Source: Scenedesmus sp. PABB004
Lineage: Eukaryota
Direction of reading: 5' to 3'
Length of the DNA stretch: 64,000 nucleotides
NCBI GenBank assembly: GCA_014905635.1
Contig: JABVCE010000017.1
Span: 434,001-498,000 of the forward strand
The translations under genes and the position numbers were made by a program. The notes beneath the pieces were generated by a model, which saw only the letters and a program-made list of their open reading frames with translations, was not told the DNA's origin and did no database searches. Positions 12,057 through 25,305 of the stretch are shown one piece after another (the stretch's first letter is position 1; each line of letters begins with the position of its first letter).

Positions 12057-13541
12057 AGACACTCACACTTCGCGTGCGCCCCGCCGCTGTGGCGGCGGCT
12101 GGGCGGGCGGCGGCGCGCCCAGCAGCGGCAGCATCACACGCACGCGTGCGCACCGCGGCGGGGGCGGGGGGGCTTCACTCATTGCCTGCCGCGCTGCCTG
12201 GGCGGATGATCGGTGCGCCGCGCAGGGCGACCGACTGCACTCTCCGCACTGCGAGGAGGGAGCCCCGGCGTGGCTCGTGGCCCCCCTGCGCCGCGCCGCC
12301 GCCGCATTGCGCGGCGCGCCGCGCGCGGGCCTGGCGCCCGCGCGCGCCGCTGCCCTGTTGTGTGTGTGTGTGTGTGTGTGTGGAGAACGCCCCTGAGGCG
12401 CCGCTGACGGGGCTCGATCGCTTGCACTTGACGGCACGGCGCGCCGCACACACGCCCGCGGAGGGAGCCCCGCGCCCGGCCTGAGCGCACCCCGGGCGCG
12501 CCGCCGCCCCGGGGCGGCGCGCGCGTGCACTGCCGTGCTGCCGCCGCCTGGGAACGGGAACGGCGTGGCGGGCGTCCGCGGCGACGGAAGACCCCCGAAC
12601 GGGGAGGCCCTGCTGGCTGGCTCACTGCTTGTGCGGCGGCGCGGGGGCCGCCGGTCGCGGCCGCCCCCGCCGCACCCTGCTCGCGCGCGCGGCGCGGCGC
12701 GATGGCAATGACGTTCATGATGGCACGCCAACACACGCCCGGCGCCGCCGGGCTGCTGATGCTGAGGATGCTGATTCCAAAGCTATGATGCTGAGCACAG
12801 GGGGAGGGAGGGGTTGCCCTGAGTTTGAGTTGTGAGTTTGAGGCGGCGGCGCGGAGTGCGGGGCGCGCGCGCGCGCGCCCCGACGCACTGCCTGCACTGA
12901 CGCACACACACGCACGCACATCACACACTCGCCGCCCGCGCTGCGCTGCCGCTCGCGGCGCGCGGCTCGCCTGACTGCGCTCTCTCTGCTCCCTCGGTCA
13001 TCGCCATCGTTGTCGTGAAGGGATGCCTGCAGCAATCTACTACACTACTACGCCCGAAGACTGCGAAGACTGCGCCGGGGCGTGTCGCGGAACCACTCGC
13101 GTCCGCGCCGCTCTCGTGCTCGGTGGTCGCTGCGCGCGCCGTGCGGCGCGCGCCGCCCGCCCGGGCCCGCCTGGTGGGCCGCTGCGCGCCCCGGCGCCGC
13201 CTCCCTCCAGCCCCGTGCAGTGCCAGCCCGGACCCAGCCACGTCGCCGCACCAGCCAGGCCGGGGGGCCGCGAGCGCCTGGGCCGCGCCGGCCGCCTCAA
13301 CCGCGCCGGCCGCCCAGCTGCCCGCCGCCGCCTCGCCGCCGCTCCTCCACACCCCGGCCGGCTGCCGCCCCGACGACCCCGCGGCGCGCCCGCCCTGCCC
13401 GCCAGCGCGCGGTCCTGCGGCGGTGCCGAGCGACGGCAGCAGCGCCGGGCGCTGCTTCGCTTCCCGCGCCGCCGCAGCCCACCCAGGCCCCGCGGCCCTC
13501 TCCAGCCTTCACCCGCGCCTCCAGCTTGCGATCCACGCGGC

Positions 13542-16279
13542 ATGCGGCCCGAGACGGCGGCCCTGGCGGGCTGGCTGGGCCGCTGCGCGCGCGCGAGCAG
13601 CGTCGACGCGCTCGCGGCGGAGGGCGACGCCGCGGAGGCGCTGCGCGCCTGTTTCGCCGACCTTGTTGACGTCGGCTTGGCCAGGGGCTCGCCTTGCGCC
13701 GACCTGGCCGCGCTGCTGGCCGCCGGCGTGCAGGCGCAGCTGGCGCAGGCCGTGGCCCGCGCGCTGGCGCTGCTGCCGGCGCCGGCGACCCAGGCCGCAG
13801 TGGCGGGCAGCGTCGGCTGTGTCAGCTCGATTGCTGTCCTGTGCCTCATGCTTGAGCGGAGCTTCCGAATCCGCAAGGACCTTGGCGTTCGCGAGGCGGA
13901 GCTGGCGGCCGAGGTGGAGCGCGCGGGTGAGCGGCAGGCAGACGGTGCCTGTCCACACCAGCCGCTGCCTCGCCCATCCCTGACCACGCCGCTGCCGCTG
14001 CGCGCCCGCAGGTGTGCTGCCGCCGCTGGTCGCGGCGTGCGCCGGCGTCGCCGCGGCGCTGGAGGCCGAGGAGCAGCAGCACGAGGAGGAGGAGCAGCAG
14101 CAGCAGCAGCTTCAGCAGGAGCAGCAGCGGCGGCGGCGACGGCGGCGGCAGCATGAGCTCTTCGACTTGAGACGTCTCACTGTGTCAGCGCTTTTGAGGG
14201 CAGCGTACGCTGTCAGCATCGCCTGGCCGCCGCAGGGCCAGCTGGAGGGCCCGCTGCTGCCGCGGACGCAGCCGGTCGCGCGGCTGGTGCTCGCCGTGCT
14301 GCGCTGCGCCGCGACCTGGCGCGCACAGGCCGCCAGCGGTGCCGCTCGCGCGGGGCCGGTGGACGACGCTCTGCTTATGGCACGCACCGCAGCCTGGTGG
14401 ACAGTTCATAACCTGATGCTGGCTCAGAAGCCCGGCCATGTGAGCGGCGAGGCGACCCGGGCGCTGCTGTCAGACCCCGCGGTGCAGCAGCTGCTGCTGG
14501 CCGACCTCGCCCTGCGCGCGGCGCACCGGCACGAGGCGCAGCGCGGCGGGGCGGCGAGCGCTGGCGACGGCGCCGGCGCCGGACCCGGCGCGCCCGCTGC
14601 GCCGGCGGCGCACAACGCGCTGCTGCGCGCGCTGGCGCTGGACGCCGCCGCGGTGCCACAGGGTGAGGACAACGAGGGGCAGGTGGGGTGGAGTGTCGGC
14701 GCGGTTACGGTGCTGTTTGATGTGTCGCCGCCGACCAGCTGCGGCGTCACCAGCAGCGGCCTGCCGGCGGCGGGGGCCGCGGAGCTGGCGGCCGCGGCGG
14801 CGGAGGCGGCGCTGGAGCTGGTGGCGCTGCAGCCAACGCCCCACGCGCTGGCTGCCGGCGCGGTGTGCGCCGGCGCCGTCCTGCGCTGCCTGCGGCCCAG
14901 CCCTGGTGGGGCGCCAGGCGACGACACGGCGGCGGCGGCGGCGGCGGTGGTGCGCACGTTCCTGCCGCTCGCCCGGCCCATCGCCGCCGCGCTGCTGGCG
15001 CCAGACGCTGGCAGCAGCACGGGCAGCGGCCGGGCGGCGGTGGGGCAGGGCGGGGCGCAGCTGGTTGACGCTTGCACTGTTCAGGTCACCCTGCTGCGCT
15101 GCTGCCAGATTCTGCTGCTGAGCAACGGACCAGAGGGTGTGTGGCGCGCAGGAGGCGGCTGGCTTTGGCAGCCGACACCATGCGCTGGCCAGTCCTGCCT
15201 GCGCTTGCTCACGCACTCGCCGCCGCGCCACCGCCGCTGCAGCCGACGCGGTCGTGGCGGCGTTTGCGCAGCAGGACCCCTCCACCCTCTGCCGGCTGCT
15301 GGAGGCGTCCGCCAGGAGCAGGGCGGTCAGGGAGGCGCCGCACGCCGCCCTGGACGCAGCGCAGGTGGTGTGCGGCGCCATCGCCCGGCTCGGCACCAGC
15401 CTGGCAGACGCACCGGTGCTGACGACCGGCGGCGGCGCGGGCCTGCTGCTGCAGCGCGAGGTGTTTGCCTGCCTGCTCACGGCCCTCAAGTGCGCGGCGG
15501 TCGGCGTGGGGCCGGCGGCAGCCGTGCCCAACAGGGTTGAGCAGCTGCGGGGCCTGGCGAACGGGTGCCTGGCGGTGGTGCTAATCGCCTGCGCCGTCGG
15601 CGACGCGGTGGCGCGCGCGCAGCCGGCAGCCGTGGCAGCCGCCGGCGGCCAGCTCGCGTACGAGCCGCCTGCGCTGTGGGCGGTGCTGGCGGCGCGCGGC
15701 CTGGCGGTGCTGGCGCAGGTGCTCAGCGTGGTGCTGGCGACGCAGCCGGCGGCTGGCGCGCCCACCGCGGGTGGCGGGCCTGGCAATTTCGTGCGGCTGG
15801 CATCGGCGGCCTCCGTGCTGGCAGCCCTGCACGACGCGACGGCGCTGCTGGGCGAGCGCCTGCGCGCACTGGGGCCGCTGCCGGCGGACGCCTCGCGCGC
15901 GGGCCTGGAGCGCCTGCTGGCGCAGCAGGAGCTGCTGTGCACGGCGGCGGCGGAGCTGGTCGCGCAGCTGGTCGACGACGGCCAGGCCGACGAGGCCGCC
16001 TGCGTCAGCACGCTGCAGGAGCGCGGCCCCGCGCTGGCCGCGCAGGCGGCGGAGCTGTGCGGCGCGGTGTGCGCCGCGCTGCCGCTGCGCGCGTGCTGCA
16101 ACAACCCGCGCTGCGTCGCGCTGGCAGGCGCGCACAGCAAGCTGGCGGCGGTGGGCGGACGGGCGTGCGCGTGCGGGGGTTGCTTCAAGTCCGCCGCGCC
16201 AGCGCGCTTCTGCAGCCGCGCCTGCCAGGTGGCAGCGTGGCGCGCGCACAAGCCGGTGTGCCGCGCGCTGGCTGCGGGT

Positions 16280-16313
<34 letters not shown>

Positions 16314-16330
16314 GGCGCGAGGCGGCGTGA
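13542..16330 (+). CDS. MYND zinc-finger family protein, copy M1 (3 exons, appears intact)
   Basis: Starts MRPETAALAGWLGRC; introns 13927-14011 and 15137-15242; ends CCNNPRC...CGGC...FCSRACQVAAWRAHKPVC (MYND C/H spacing). Confidence 0.8.
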
Positions 16331-16920
16331 AGGAGGGGCCGAGGCAGGGCGAGGTTGGTGAGGTGCCTTGGCAGGGCGGGGCGACTGGAGGCCCTGTGCG
16401 CACGGACTGCTCGTTGCGGCGGCGACGGCTGTGTGGCTGTGAGTTGCAGCGTTGTGAGGCCTGCGCGCACGGGCAGGCGCCCCCGCCGCCCGCGCTCGGT
16501 GGTCGCCGCCGAGCGCGCTGTGCGGCCGTCGCCGCCCGCCCGGGCCCGCCTGGCGGGCCGCTGCGCGCCCCGGTGCCCCCTCCAGCCAGCCCCTCCACTG
16601 CCAGCCCGGCCCATCCACGCCGCCGCACCAGCCAGGCCGGCGGGCGCGCCCGCCAGGGCCGCGCCGGGCGCCTGAACCGCGCCGGCCGCCCAGCTGCCCG
16701 CCGCCCCGCCGCCACCGCGCCTCCACACCCCGGCCGGCTGCCGCCCCGACGACCCCGCGGTGCGCCCGCCCTGCCCGCCAGCGCGCGGCCCTGCGCCGGC
16801 GCCGAGCGGCGGCCGCGCGCGAGCGCCGACAGCAGCGCCCGCGCCGCGCCGCCGCAGCCCCGCGGCCCCGCCAGCCCTCGCCAGCCCTCACCCGCGCCAC
16901 CAGCTTGCGGTCCACGCAGC
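16331..16920 (+). repeat. Conserved spacer/upstream block of the MYND repeat unit
   Basis: Homologous blocks at about 13090-13541, 24934-25307, 39825-40411(-), 43176-43610(-), 51253-51850(-), 54631-55165(-), partial at 61030-61145, and starting again at 63961. Confidence 0.85.
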
Positions 16921-19660
16921 ATGCGGCCCGAGACGGCGGCCCTGGAGGGCTGGCTGGGCCGCTGCGCGCGCGCGAGCAGCGTCGACGCGCTCGCGGCGGA
17001 GGGCGCCGCTGCGCTGCGGCTGGGCGCCCATTTTGCCGGCTTGATTGAGGAAGCTGAGACCAGGGGCTCGCCCTGCGCCGACCTGGCCGCGCTGCTGGCC
17101 GCCGGCGTGCAGCAGCGGCTCGCGCAGGCCGTGGCCCGCGCGCTGGCGCTGCTGCCGGCGCCGGCGACGCGGGCGGCGGCGGTTGCCAGCAGGGACTTTG
17201 CCTTCACGATCTTTACTCTGTGCGACGCGCTGCAGGGGAGCTTGAGGATCCGCAAGCACTTTGGCGCGCCCGAGGCGGAGCTGACGGCCGTGGTGGAGCG
17301 CGGGGGTGAGCGGCGGCAGGCGGGGCGGCGCCGGTCCGCGCCGGCCGCTGCCTCGCCCATCCCTGATCACGCCGCTGCCGCTGCGCGTCCACAGGCGTGC
17401 TGCCGCCGCTGGCCGCGGCGTGCACTGCCCTCGCCGCGGAGCTGGAGGCCGCGGGCGCCCCGCAGCAGCTGCATCGGCAGGACAGTGGCGAGCTTGCTGA
17501 CCCAAAATGCCTCACTGCGTTAGCGCTCTTGAGGGCGGCGCGTGCCGCCCACAAGGCCTGGCCGCTGCAGGGCCAGCTGGAGGGCCCGCTGCTGCCGCTG
17601 GCGCAGCCGGTCGCGCGGCTGGCGCTCGCCGTGCTGCGCCGCGCCGCCGCCTGGCGCGCACAGGCCGGCGGCGGCTTCACTCAGGCGGCCAAGGGGGTGA
17701 TGTCAGAGGTGCTGTCCTTAGCCTGCACCGCAGCCTCGTCAACAGCTCAGATTCTGGTGCTGGCGCGGCGGCACGGCGGCGGCGCGGCCGAGCAGGACGG
17801 CCTTGTCAGCAACGAGGCGCAGCGGTCGCTGCTGGCGGACCCCGCGGTGCAGCAGCTGCTGCTGGCCGACCTCGCCCTGCGCGCGGCGCACCGGCACAAG
17901 GCCCAGCACGGCCGGCCGTTCAGCGCAGGTGGCGGCGCCGGCGCCGGACCTGGCGCGCCCGCCGTGCCGGCGGCGCACGCCGCGCTGCTGCGCATGCTGG
18001 GGCTGGACGCGTCTGTGGTGCCCGCTGGTGAGGACATGGAGTGGCTGGTGGAGTTCAGCGTCAGCGCGGTTGCGGTGCTGTTTGATGTGTCGCCGCCGGC
18101 CGGCTGCGGCGTCACCAGCAGCGGCCTGCCGGCAGCGGGCGCCGCGGCGCTGGCGGCCGCGGCGGCGGAGGCGGCGCTGGAGCTGGTGGCGCTGCAGCCA
18201 ACACCCCGCCTGCTGGCTGCCGGCGCTTCGTGCGCCGGCAACATCACGCGCGCCATGCGACGCGTCCGCCAGGGCGGTGACACGCAGGGCGACCTGGCGG
18301 CAGCGGAGGCGGCGGTGGTTCGCGCGTTCCTGCCGCTCGCCCGGCCCACTGCCACCGCGCTGCTGGGGGCAGACGCGGGCAGCAGCACGGGCAGCGGCCA
18401 GGCGGCGGCGGGGCAGGGCGGAGCGCAGCCGGTTGCCGCAGCCATTGTTCAAGGCGCCCTGCAGGGCTGCGGTCTGCTGATGCTGTGGCACAACAGAGAG
18501 CAGGGTGCGCCGTGCAGCTGGCTTTGGGAGCAGATGCAACGCGCCCGAGCCAGCCTACGCTTGCTCACGCCCCCGCCGCTGCCGCCGCCGCAGCCGACGC
18601 GGTCGTGGCGGCGTTTGCGCGGCAGGACTCCTCCACCCTGTGCCGGCTGCTGGAGGCGTTTGCCAGGAACTGGGCGGCCAGGGAGGTGCCGCAAGACGCT
18701 CTGACCTCAGCCTACGCACTGTGCAGCACCATCGGGCAATTCAGCCCCAGCCTGACCGGCGCGCCGGCGCTGACGGCGACCGGCGGCGGCGCGGGCCTGC
18801 TGCTGCAGCGCGAGGTGTTTGCCTGCCTGCTCACGGCCCTCAAGTGCGCGGCGGTTGGCGTGGGGCCGGCAGCAGCCGCCCCCGACAGGCATGAGCAGCT
18901 GCGGGGCCTGGCGAGCGGGTGCCTGGCGGCGGTGCGCACCGGCTGTGCCGTCGGCGACGCGGTGGCGCGCGCGCAGCCGGCAGCCGTGGCGGCCGCCGGC
19001 GGCCAGCTCGCGTACGAGCCGCCCGCGCTGTGGGCGGTGCTGGCGGCGCGCGGCCTGGCGGTGCTGGCGCAGCTGCTGAGCCAAGTGCTGGCGGCGCAGC
19101 CGGCGGCTGGCGCGCCCACCGTGGGTGGCGGGCCTGGCAATTTCGTGCGGCTGGCATCGCGGGTCTCCGTGCTGGCGGCCCTGCAGGATGTGGCGGCGCT
19201 GCTGGGCCCGCGCCTGCGTGCGCTGGGGCCGCTGCCGGCGGACGCCTCGCGCGAGTGCTTGGAGCGCCTGCTGGCGCAGCAGGAGCTGCTGTGCACGGCG
19301 GCGGAGGAGCTGGCCGCGCAGCTGGACGACGACGCCTTGGCCGGTGCAGCCGCCTGCGCCAGCACGCCGCAGGAGCACGGCCCCGCGCTGGCCGCGCAGG
19401 CAGCGGAGCTGTGTGGCGCGGTGTGCGCCGCGCTGCCGCTGCGCGCGTGCTGCAACAACCCGCGCTGCGTCGCGCTGGCCGGCGCGCTCAGCGAGCTGGC
19501 GGCGGTGCGCGGCCCGGCTTGCGTGTGCGGGGGGTGCGTCAAGTCGGCCGCGCCCGCATTCTTCTGCAGCCGCGCCTGCCAGGCGGCCGCGTGGCGCGCG
19601 CACAAGCCGGTGTGCCGCGCGCTGGCGGCGGGTGTGGCGGCGGCGGGCGAGGCGGAGTGA
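16921..19660 (+). CDS. MYND zinc-finger family protein, copy M2 (3 exons, appears intact)
   Basis: MRPETAALEGWLGRC start, same two intron positions (about 17307-17394 and 18505-18592), C-terminal MYND finger; direct tandem neighbour of M1. Confidence 0.8.
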
Positions 19661-20276
19661 GGCTGAATGGAGCATGTGCCTTGGCAGGTCTGGGCCCCCG
19701 CAGCCCCGTGCGTTCGAGCCGCCGGCTGCAGCGGCGGCGCGCTTGTGAGTTGCTGCATTGAGCGCCGCTTGCGCCGACCGCCTGGCTGGCTGTTACCGGC
19801 TGGCAGGAGCGCACGGACCGGCGCCGCCCGTGGCTCAGATCACCCGAGGCGCGCGCGCGCTTGCTCAGCGCGCGCAGCCGCCGGCCAGCACGCCCAGTGC
19901 AGCAGTGCCTTCTCAGCGCCGGCCGCTGCTGAGCAATCTACGCGAGTGCCGCCGCTGTCTGTCCATCCCAACACCACCACCACCGCAAAGCACAGCATTC
20001 ACAGCTCGCCCCCGCCCGCCGGCAGGCGCGGGCCGCCAGGGCGCAAGTCCCCACCTCGCCCCCCCCCTGCCGCGCGCGCCCGGCCGCACGGGGGGCCGTC
20101 TCTGCGCGGGCGCGCCCGCCGCAGGCTGGGCGCGCCCGCTGCTAGCGGCGCCGCGCGGCGGGGGGTGCCTGCACTCGGCGCCCGCCACGCCGCGCCCGCC
20201 TTTGAATGCTCTGAGAGTCGCGCTCAGGCCGGGCCGAGCTCAGGCGGAGGCCGCCGAGCTCAGGCTGAGCCCGAGC

Positions 20277-23200
20277 TCACCTGCGCCGGGCCTCGTCCGG
20301 GATGACCTCCACAGTCGCCGGCACCGGCTCCGGCTCGGCGCCCGCGGGCTGGCCCGCCGCGGCGCCGGCGCCGGCGCCGGCGCCGTGCAGCGCGGCCAGG
20401 TCGAGCCCGCCCACCGCCGGCTTGCCGCCGGCGACCGCGACGTTGAGCGTCGGGAGCTGCGGCTTGGGCAGCGACACGTCGGGGACCTGGACGGTCGGGA
20501 TCATGACCGTCGGCAGCGCGACGTCCGGGATCTGGAGCTTGGGCAGCTCCACCGCCGGCAGGCTCGGCAGCGTCAGGTCCGGCAGCTTGGGCAGGCTCGG
20601 CAGCTGCGCCTCGGCGCCCTTGGTCGGCAGCGTCGGCAGCGTGAGGTTGAACCGCACAATGGGCAGCTTGGGCATCTGCGGCGGCGTGTGCGCAAATCAG
20701 GCGGCGGGTCAGGGCGCCGCGCCGCGGGCACGGGCGGGCGCGCAGCTGCACCGCCAGCGCCAGCAGTGCGCCACTGCAAGCAACGCGCCAGTGCACAGCA
20801 ACGCGCCGCAGTGCCAGCTAGCTGTGCGCGCCTGCAGGGGCTTGAAGGCGAAGGGGTTGGGCAGGTCGATGTCGGGGACCGTGAAATTCAGCTTGGGCAT
20901 GGAGAACTTCTTAAACTCCGGCACACGCAGCTCTGCGGCGCGCGAGGCGATTGCAGTCGGTCAGCCGGTCAGCCGGCGCGGGCGGGCGCGCCTGCAGGCC
21001 GTGCCGCCGCAGCGCGGGGAGGCGCGGCCGGTGCCGCCCCGGCCGCCGCCCCGCGCGCGCGGCTGCCGCGCTCCCGCCCTGCCTTCCCTCCCTGCGCTCA
21101 CCCGGGAAGTTCACGACGAGGTTGGGGAACTGGGGGATCTTGGGCAGCAGCGCGCCGACGAGGTTGGTGAGGTCGGGCAGCTGCAGCGGGGGCGGCTTGG
21201 TCACGTCGAGGGAGGGCAGCTCGAAGCGGATCTGCGGGCGCGGGCGGCGCGGCGCAGGGGGCTCCGCGCGTGGGACGCGGCGGCCGCGTGGCCGCCGAGG
21301 CCGCGGCACACACACTCGCCCCGGCGCCGCCCCGGCTGTCCGCGCGCGCGCCCCGCCTGAACCCCGCCTGAGCCTAAACCCACCTGGGGCAGCAGGTCTG
21401 TGACGATGCCGACCAGGTCCTGCGGGGAGAGCGGGTGCGCCGTGGGCAGCACCGCCTCGATCGCGGGCTTGAGCATGGTGGTGATGTTGGCGAGGTAGCC
21501 GGCGCACTGGCGGTACGACGGGCGTTGTTTTGGGTGTTTGAGAAGCGGCGGGGGACGGGGCGGGCGGCGTCAGGGGGCAGGGAGAGCGGGCGGGCGCGGC
21601 GCAGCGCGCTCAGCGCTCAGCACAGCGCGGCGCGCGCGCCTGCTCAAAGGTGGGCAGGTCGGGCAGCGTGAGTGCGGGCTTGTTGAAGTCAATGTCAAAC
21701 GAGATGTGCGGCAGCGCGATGGCCGGCACCAGGCCTAGTGTGGGCGGCGCGCGGCGGCGGCGGTGCAGGGCAAGGCGGGGGTCATGGCTCACCCACGGCC
21801 GTCAGCCCGCGCCCGCCCGCCGCTTCGCGCCGTGGCCGCGGGGCGCCGTCCGCGCTGCGCCGCCGTCCGCGCTGCGCCGCCGTCCGCGCTGCCTGGCCGT
21901 GCAGCGCAGCGCGCGCGGCGTCCGCCCCGCGCCGCACCCGCGAGCGCGGGGAGGTCGATCGGCTTCGGCTTCATAAGCGACGTGATGTTTGCGAGCAGCG
22001 CCATGGGGATGTGGAGGTCGGGGAGCGACACGTTGAGCCCGGGCAGCGCCGGCAGCAGCGCGCAGAGCGGGCCGTGGCACGCGTCGCCGTTGGCGCTGCC
22101 GTTGGCGCCGCCCTTGCCGGACAGCAGGCCGGCGAAGAGGCCGAGCTTGGAGCCCAGGAGGTGGGACTTGAGGTCAAAGCTCGGCAGCGCGGGCAGCACG
22201 GGGCTCGGGCCCGGCCCGCCGTCGCAGTCGCAGACCGTCCACAGGCCGCTCACATACTCCCCGCTCGCGCTCGGCAGGCCGGGCTTGGTGAGCGGGAGGT
22301 GCAGCGGGCCGGGCAGGTTGACGGTCTCCAGGCACGGCATGCCTGGTGGACGGGCGGCGCGGCGGGACGGCGGGCGGGACGGCGCGGGCGGCGGAGCGCG
22401 TGACCAGGCGGTGGCGTGCGGCGTGGCCAGGCGGCGGCGGAGCGCGGCGGCGTGGCGGCGGCGCGTCGTCGCATCGTCGCGTCGCGGCGGCCCGCACCGA
22501 GGTACTGCTTTGCCTGGTCGTCGACGTCGTCGCCGGCCGCGACGACGGTGCCGACGCAGTTCCCGCCGAGGAGGTGGCTCTTGCACCCGGGCACGGCGAG
22601 CTTGCACGCGAGGTCGCGGCACTTGTTGAGCAGACCAAAGGGCCCGTCGTTCTTGGCGTAGCAGATGAAGTCGAGGGCCATGACATCAGAGCCGAGGCCG
22701 TTGAGCTTGCAGAGCGGCAGCTTGCACTTGCCGCTGCTCACGCAGCACCCGCCGGCGCACTCGGGCGCGGTGAACGGCGCCACGACAGGGCAGAAGCCCC
22801 GCGCGCCCTCGGCCGCGTCGGCGCTGCACATCGACGGCGCGGCGGGGCACGCCGCGGGCGGCGGCGGCGCGACCGGCGCGGCGGGCGCGGGCGCGGCCGG
22901 CGCCTCGGGCTCGTCGGGCTTGGGCACGGGCTCCGCCGGCGGCGCGACGGTCGGGCAGTCCTCCATGGCCCAGACCATGCGGAAGTTCTGCAGGCCCGCC
23001 TGCACCTGCGCGCCGACGCCAGCCCGGGCGGCGGCAGGGGGGGGGGGGCGTCGGCGGCGTGTCGGCTGCAGGGCGGCGCGCGCTGCTCCCTCTCCCCGTC
23101 CCCCGCGCGCTCCACCCGGCCGGCCACGCCCGGCGCCCGCCTTCGCTCCCCGCTGGCTCCGGGCCGGGCCGCCGCGACCTTGAGCCCTTAAACCTCAGTA

Positions 23201-24219
23201 CCCCTAAACCCCGCCGCACCTGCTGGCCGTCGACGGTCGTGAGGTCGTGCTCGCCCTTGAATGCGGCAAACCAGGAGCCCTTCGGCGCGATGACCGTCGC
23301 GCCCTCGGACGTGGACTTGGCGTTTCCAAAGACGAGCGTGTTGCCCTTGCTGGTGGTGAGCTTGACGAACTCGACGCACCTGCCGGCCGGGCCGGGCCGG
23401 GTCGGCGGGCGGCGTGTCGGCGGCGGGCGGCGGCGCCGCAGCTGCGGGGCCGGCGGCCGAGGCCGCGCCGCGATGCGCGAGCGCGCGAGGAAGGGAGGGG
23501 CGGGGGGCGGGGGGCCTCTCACTTGTTGGGCGCCTGGCGCACGTCGACGCGGATGAGGTGCTCGCCCTCGGTGAGGGCCAGGTCCTGGGTGTAGAGGTTC
23601 TTGGTGTGACCGAGCAGCGCGGTCGCGCCGCCGCCGTCGCCGGCGCCGTACGTTGCGCGGATGCCCTGCAGGCAGCCGAAGTTCCAGGAATAGAAGAGCT
23701 CCACCTTGGTGAGCCAGCCGTTGGCCTGCCAGACCTCAGTCTGGTCGACCTGGGCCATGGGCTTGGTCTCGCCGACGATGCCAAACGGACCCGTCTCGCC
23801 CACCACCACATCCGTGCATCCATCGCGCCAGGCTGCGAGTCGCGCGCGGGGGCGTGTCAGGTGCGCGATCGCGCCGCGCGGGGGCGGGCGGGGCGCGGGG
23901 GCGGGCGGGGAGGCGGCAGCAGTACGGAGCGGATGGCCGGCCGGCGAATTCTCCCCGGCTGCTCAGCGCCCTGCGCTGCGGCGCGGCCTGACGCCACAAC
24001 TTGCGCTGCTTCGACACAATCGCACGCCAGCTGCAAGCTGATCGCCCCCTCGCGCCCGCGCGCCTCGGCTGCGCTTGCGAGCTGGCCGCGTGTCGCCCTC
24101 TGCGCCCCGCACTGGCCGCGCCAGCCAGTGCTGTTGATGGGCAACGATCACTGGCGCTCACCTGCCGCGCAGCCGGCGAGTAGCAGCACCAGGGCCGCGC
24201 TGGCGAGCGCCCTCGCCAT
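20277..24219 (-). CDS. Secreted protein: jacalin-like lectin domain, Pro-rich linker, Cys-rich region, LPxLx repeat tail (multi-exon)
   Basis: Signal peptide MARALASAALVLLLAGCAA; beta-prism-like motifs LQGIRATYG, LTEGEHLIRVDV, VEFVKLTTSKGNTLVFG, FAAFKG; many Cys; tail LPSLPKLPDLTLPSLPAVELPKLQIPDV. The last TGA overlaps a possible AG|GTGAG donor, so the 3' end is uncertain. Confidence 0.7.
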
Positions 24220-24739
24220 CGCGCCTGCCCCCTGTCGAGATAGGCGCACAGCAAGGGCGGCGCTGTGTTCTGAGAGCACCTGAACGGCGCAGCGAGCACA
24301 CCGTGAGCCAGGCGCGGGCCAAGGGGTGCCTGGCGGGGCAAACCAACTCAACGAACGAGCGAGGTCAAAAGGCCCGCACCTGCTGGGCACGCGTGTGGGC
24401 TGGCAGGTGGTCGGTTGGTTGCGGACGAGGTCGATCGCGAGCTGGGTGTGGCTGCGGCGGAGCGGGGGCGCACCGTTAAGCGAGGCCACGCGGAGTGACA
24501 CTGAGCTCGAGGAAACTGCTGGCCGGCTGGGGACGGCCGCGCCTGTTCACACAGCGCCCGGCACGGCGCGCCCACGCACAATCGCGCGCGCATCGCATCG
24601 CGCCGGGCGGCGCCCTGCGGCGGGCGGCGAGCCGAGCTGCGGCCGCGAGTCGGCGCTGGTCCCGCCGTCCCGCGCGCGCCGCCGCGCAGGCCCGTGCTGG
24701 GCGTGCTGGCATGCGCATGGGTTGAGGGGGAGCTCATCA

Positions 24740-24933
24740 AGAGCTGGCAGGCACGCACACACAGCGAGCTGGCGGCGGTGCGCGGGTTGGCGTGTGCGAG
24801 CTGCGCCAAGTCGGCCGCGCCCGCGCGCTTCTGCAGCCACAGCTGCCAGGCGGCCGCGTGGCGCGCGCACAAGCCGGTGTGCCGCGCGCTGGCCGCAAGT
24901 GTGGCGGCGGCGGCGGCGCGCGAGGCGGGGTGA
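24740..24933 (+). pseudogene. Isolated 3' fragment of the MYND gene (M3a)
   Basis: HSELAAVRGLACASCAKSAAPARFCSHSCQAAAWRAHKPVC...stop, with no upstream exons, followed by the family spacer. Confidence 0.75.
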
Positions 24934-25305
24934 GGAGTGAAGGAGGGGCCAAGGCAGGGCGAGCTTGGTGAGGTGCCTTTGCAGGGTGGGGGCGGCCGCA
25001 GGCCCCGTGCACGTGGAGTGCTTGCTGTGAGCGACGGCTGTGCGCTTGTGTGAGTTGCAGCGTTGTGAGCGCCGCGCGCACGGCCGGGCGCACCCGCCGC
25101 CCGCGCTCGATTGTTGTCGCCGCGCGCGCTGTGCGGCCGTCGCCGCCCGCCCGGGCCCGCCTGGCGGGCCGCTGCGTGCCCCGGCGCCGCCTCCAGCCAG
25201 CCTCTCCAGTGCCAGCCTGACCCAGTCGCGCTGGCGCACCAGCCAGGCCGGCTGGGGGCGAGCGCCAGGGCCGCGCCGGCCGCCTGAACCGCGCCGGCCG
25301 CCCAG

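Noticed and set aside
11680..12484. ORFs with HTHTHT / VCVCVC runs
   Set aside because: Translations of the (CA)n microsatellite, not metal-binding proteins.
13023..13541. Upstream block as an N-terminal coding extension of the MYND protein
   Set aside because: It is open in frame in M1, M2 and M5, but the frame is not kept in M4 or M6 and there is no shared upstream ATG; treated as non-coding pending transcript data.
13090..19660. MYND unit as a classical transposon
   Set aside because: No transposase, integrase, reverse transcriptase or helicase motifs, and no terminal repeats or target-site duplications could be identified by eye.
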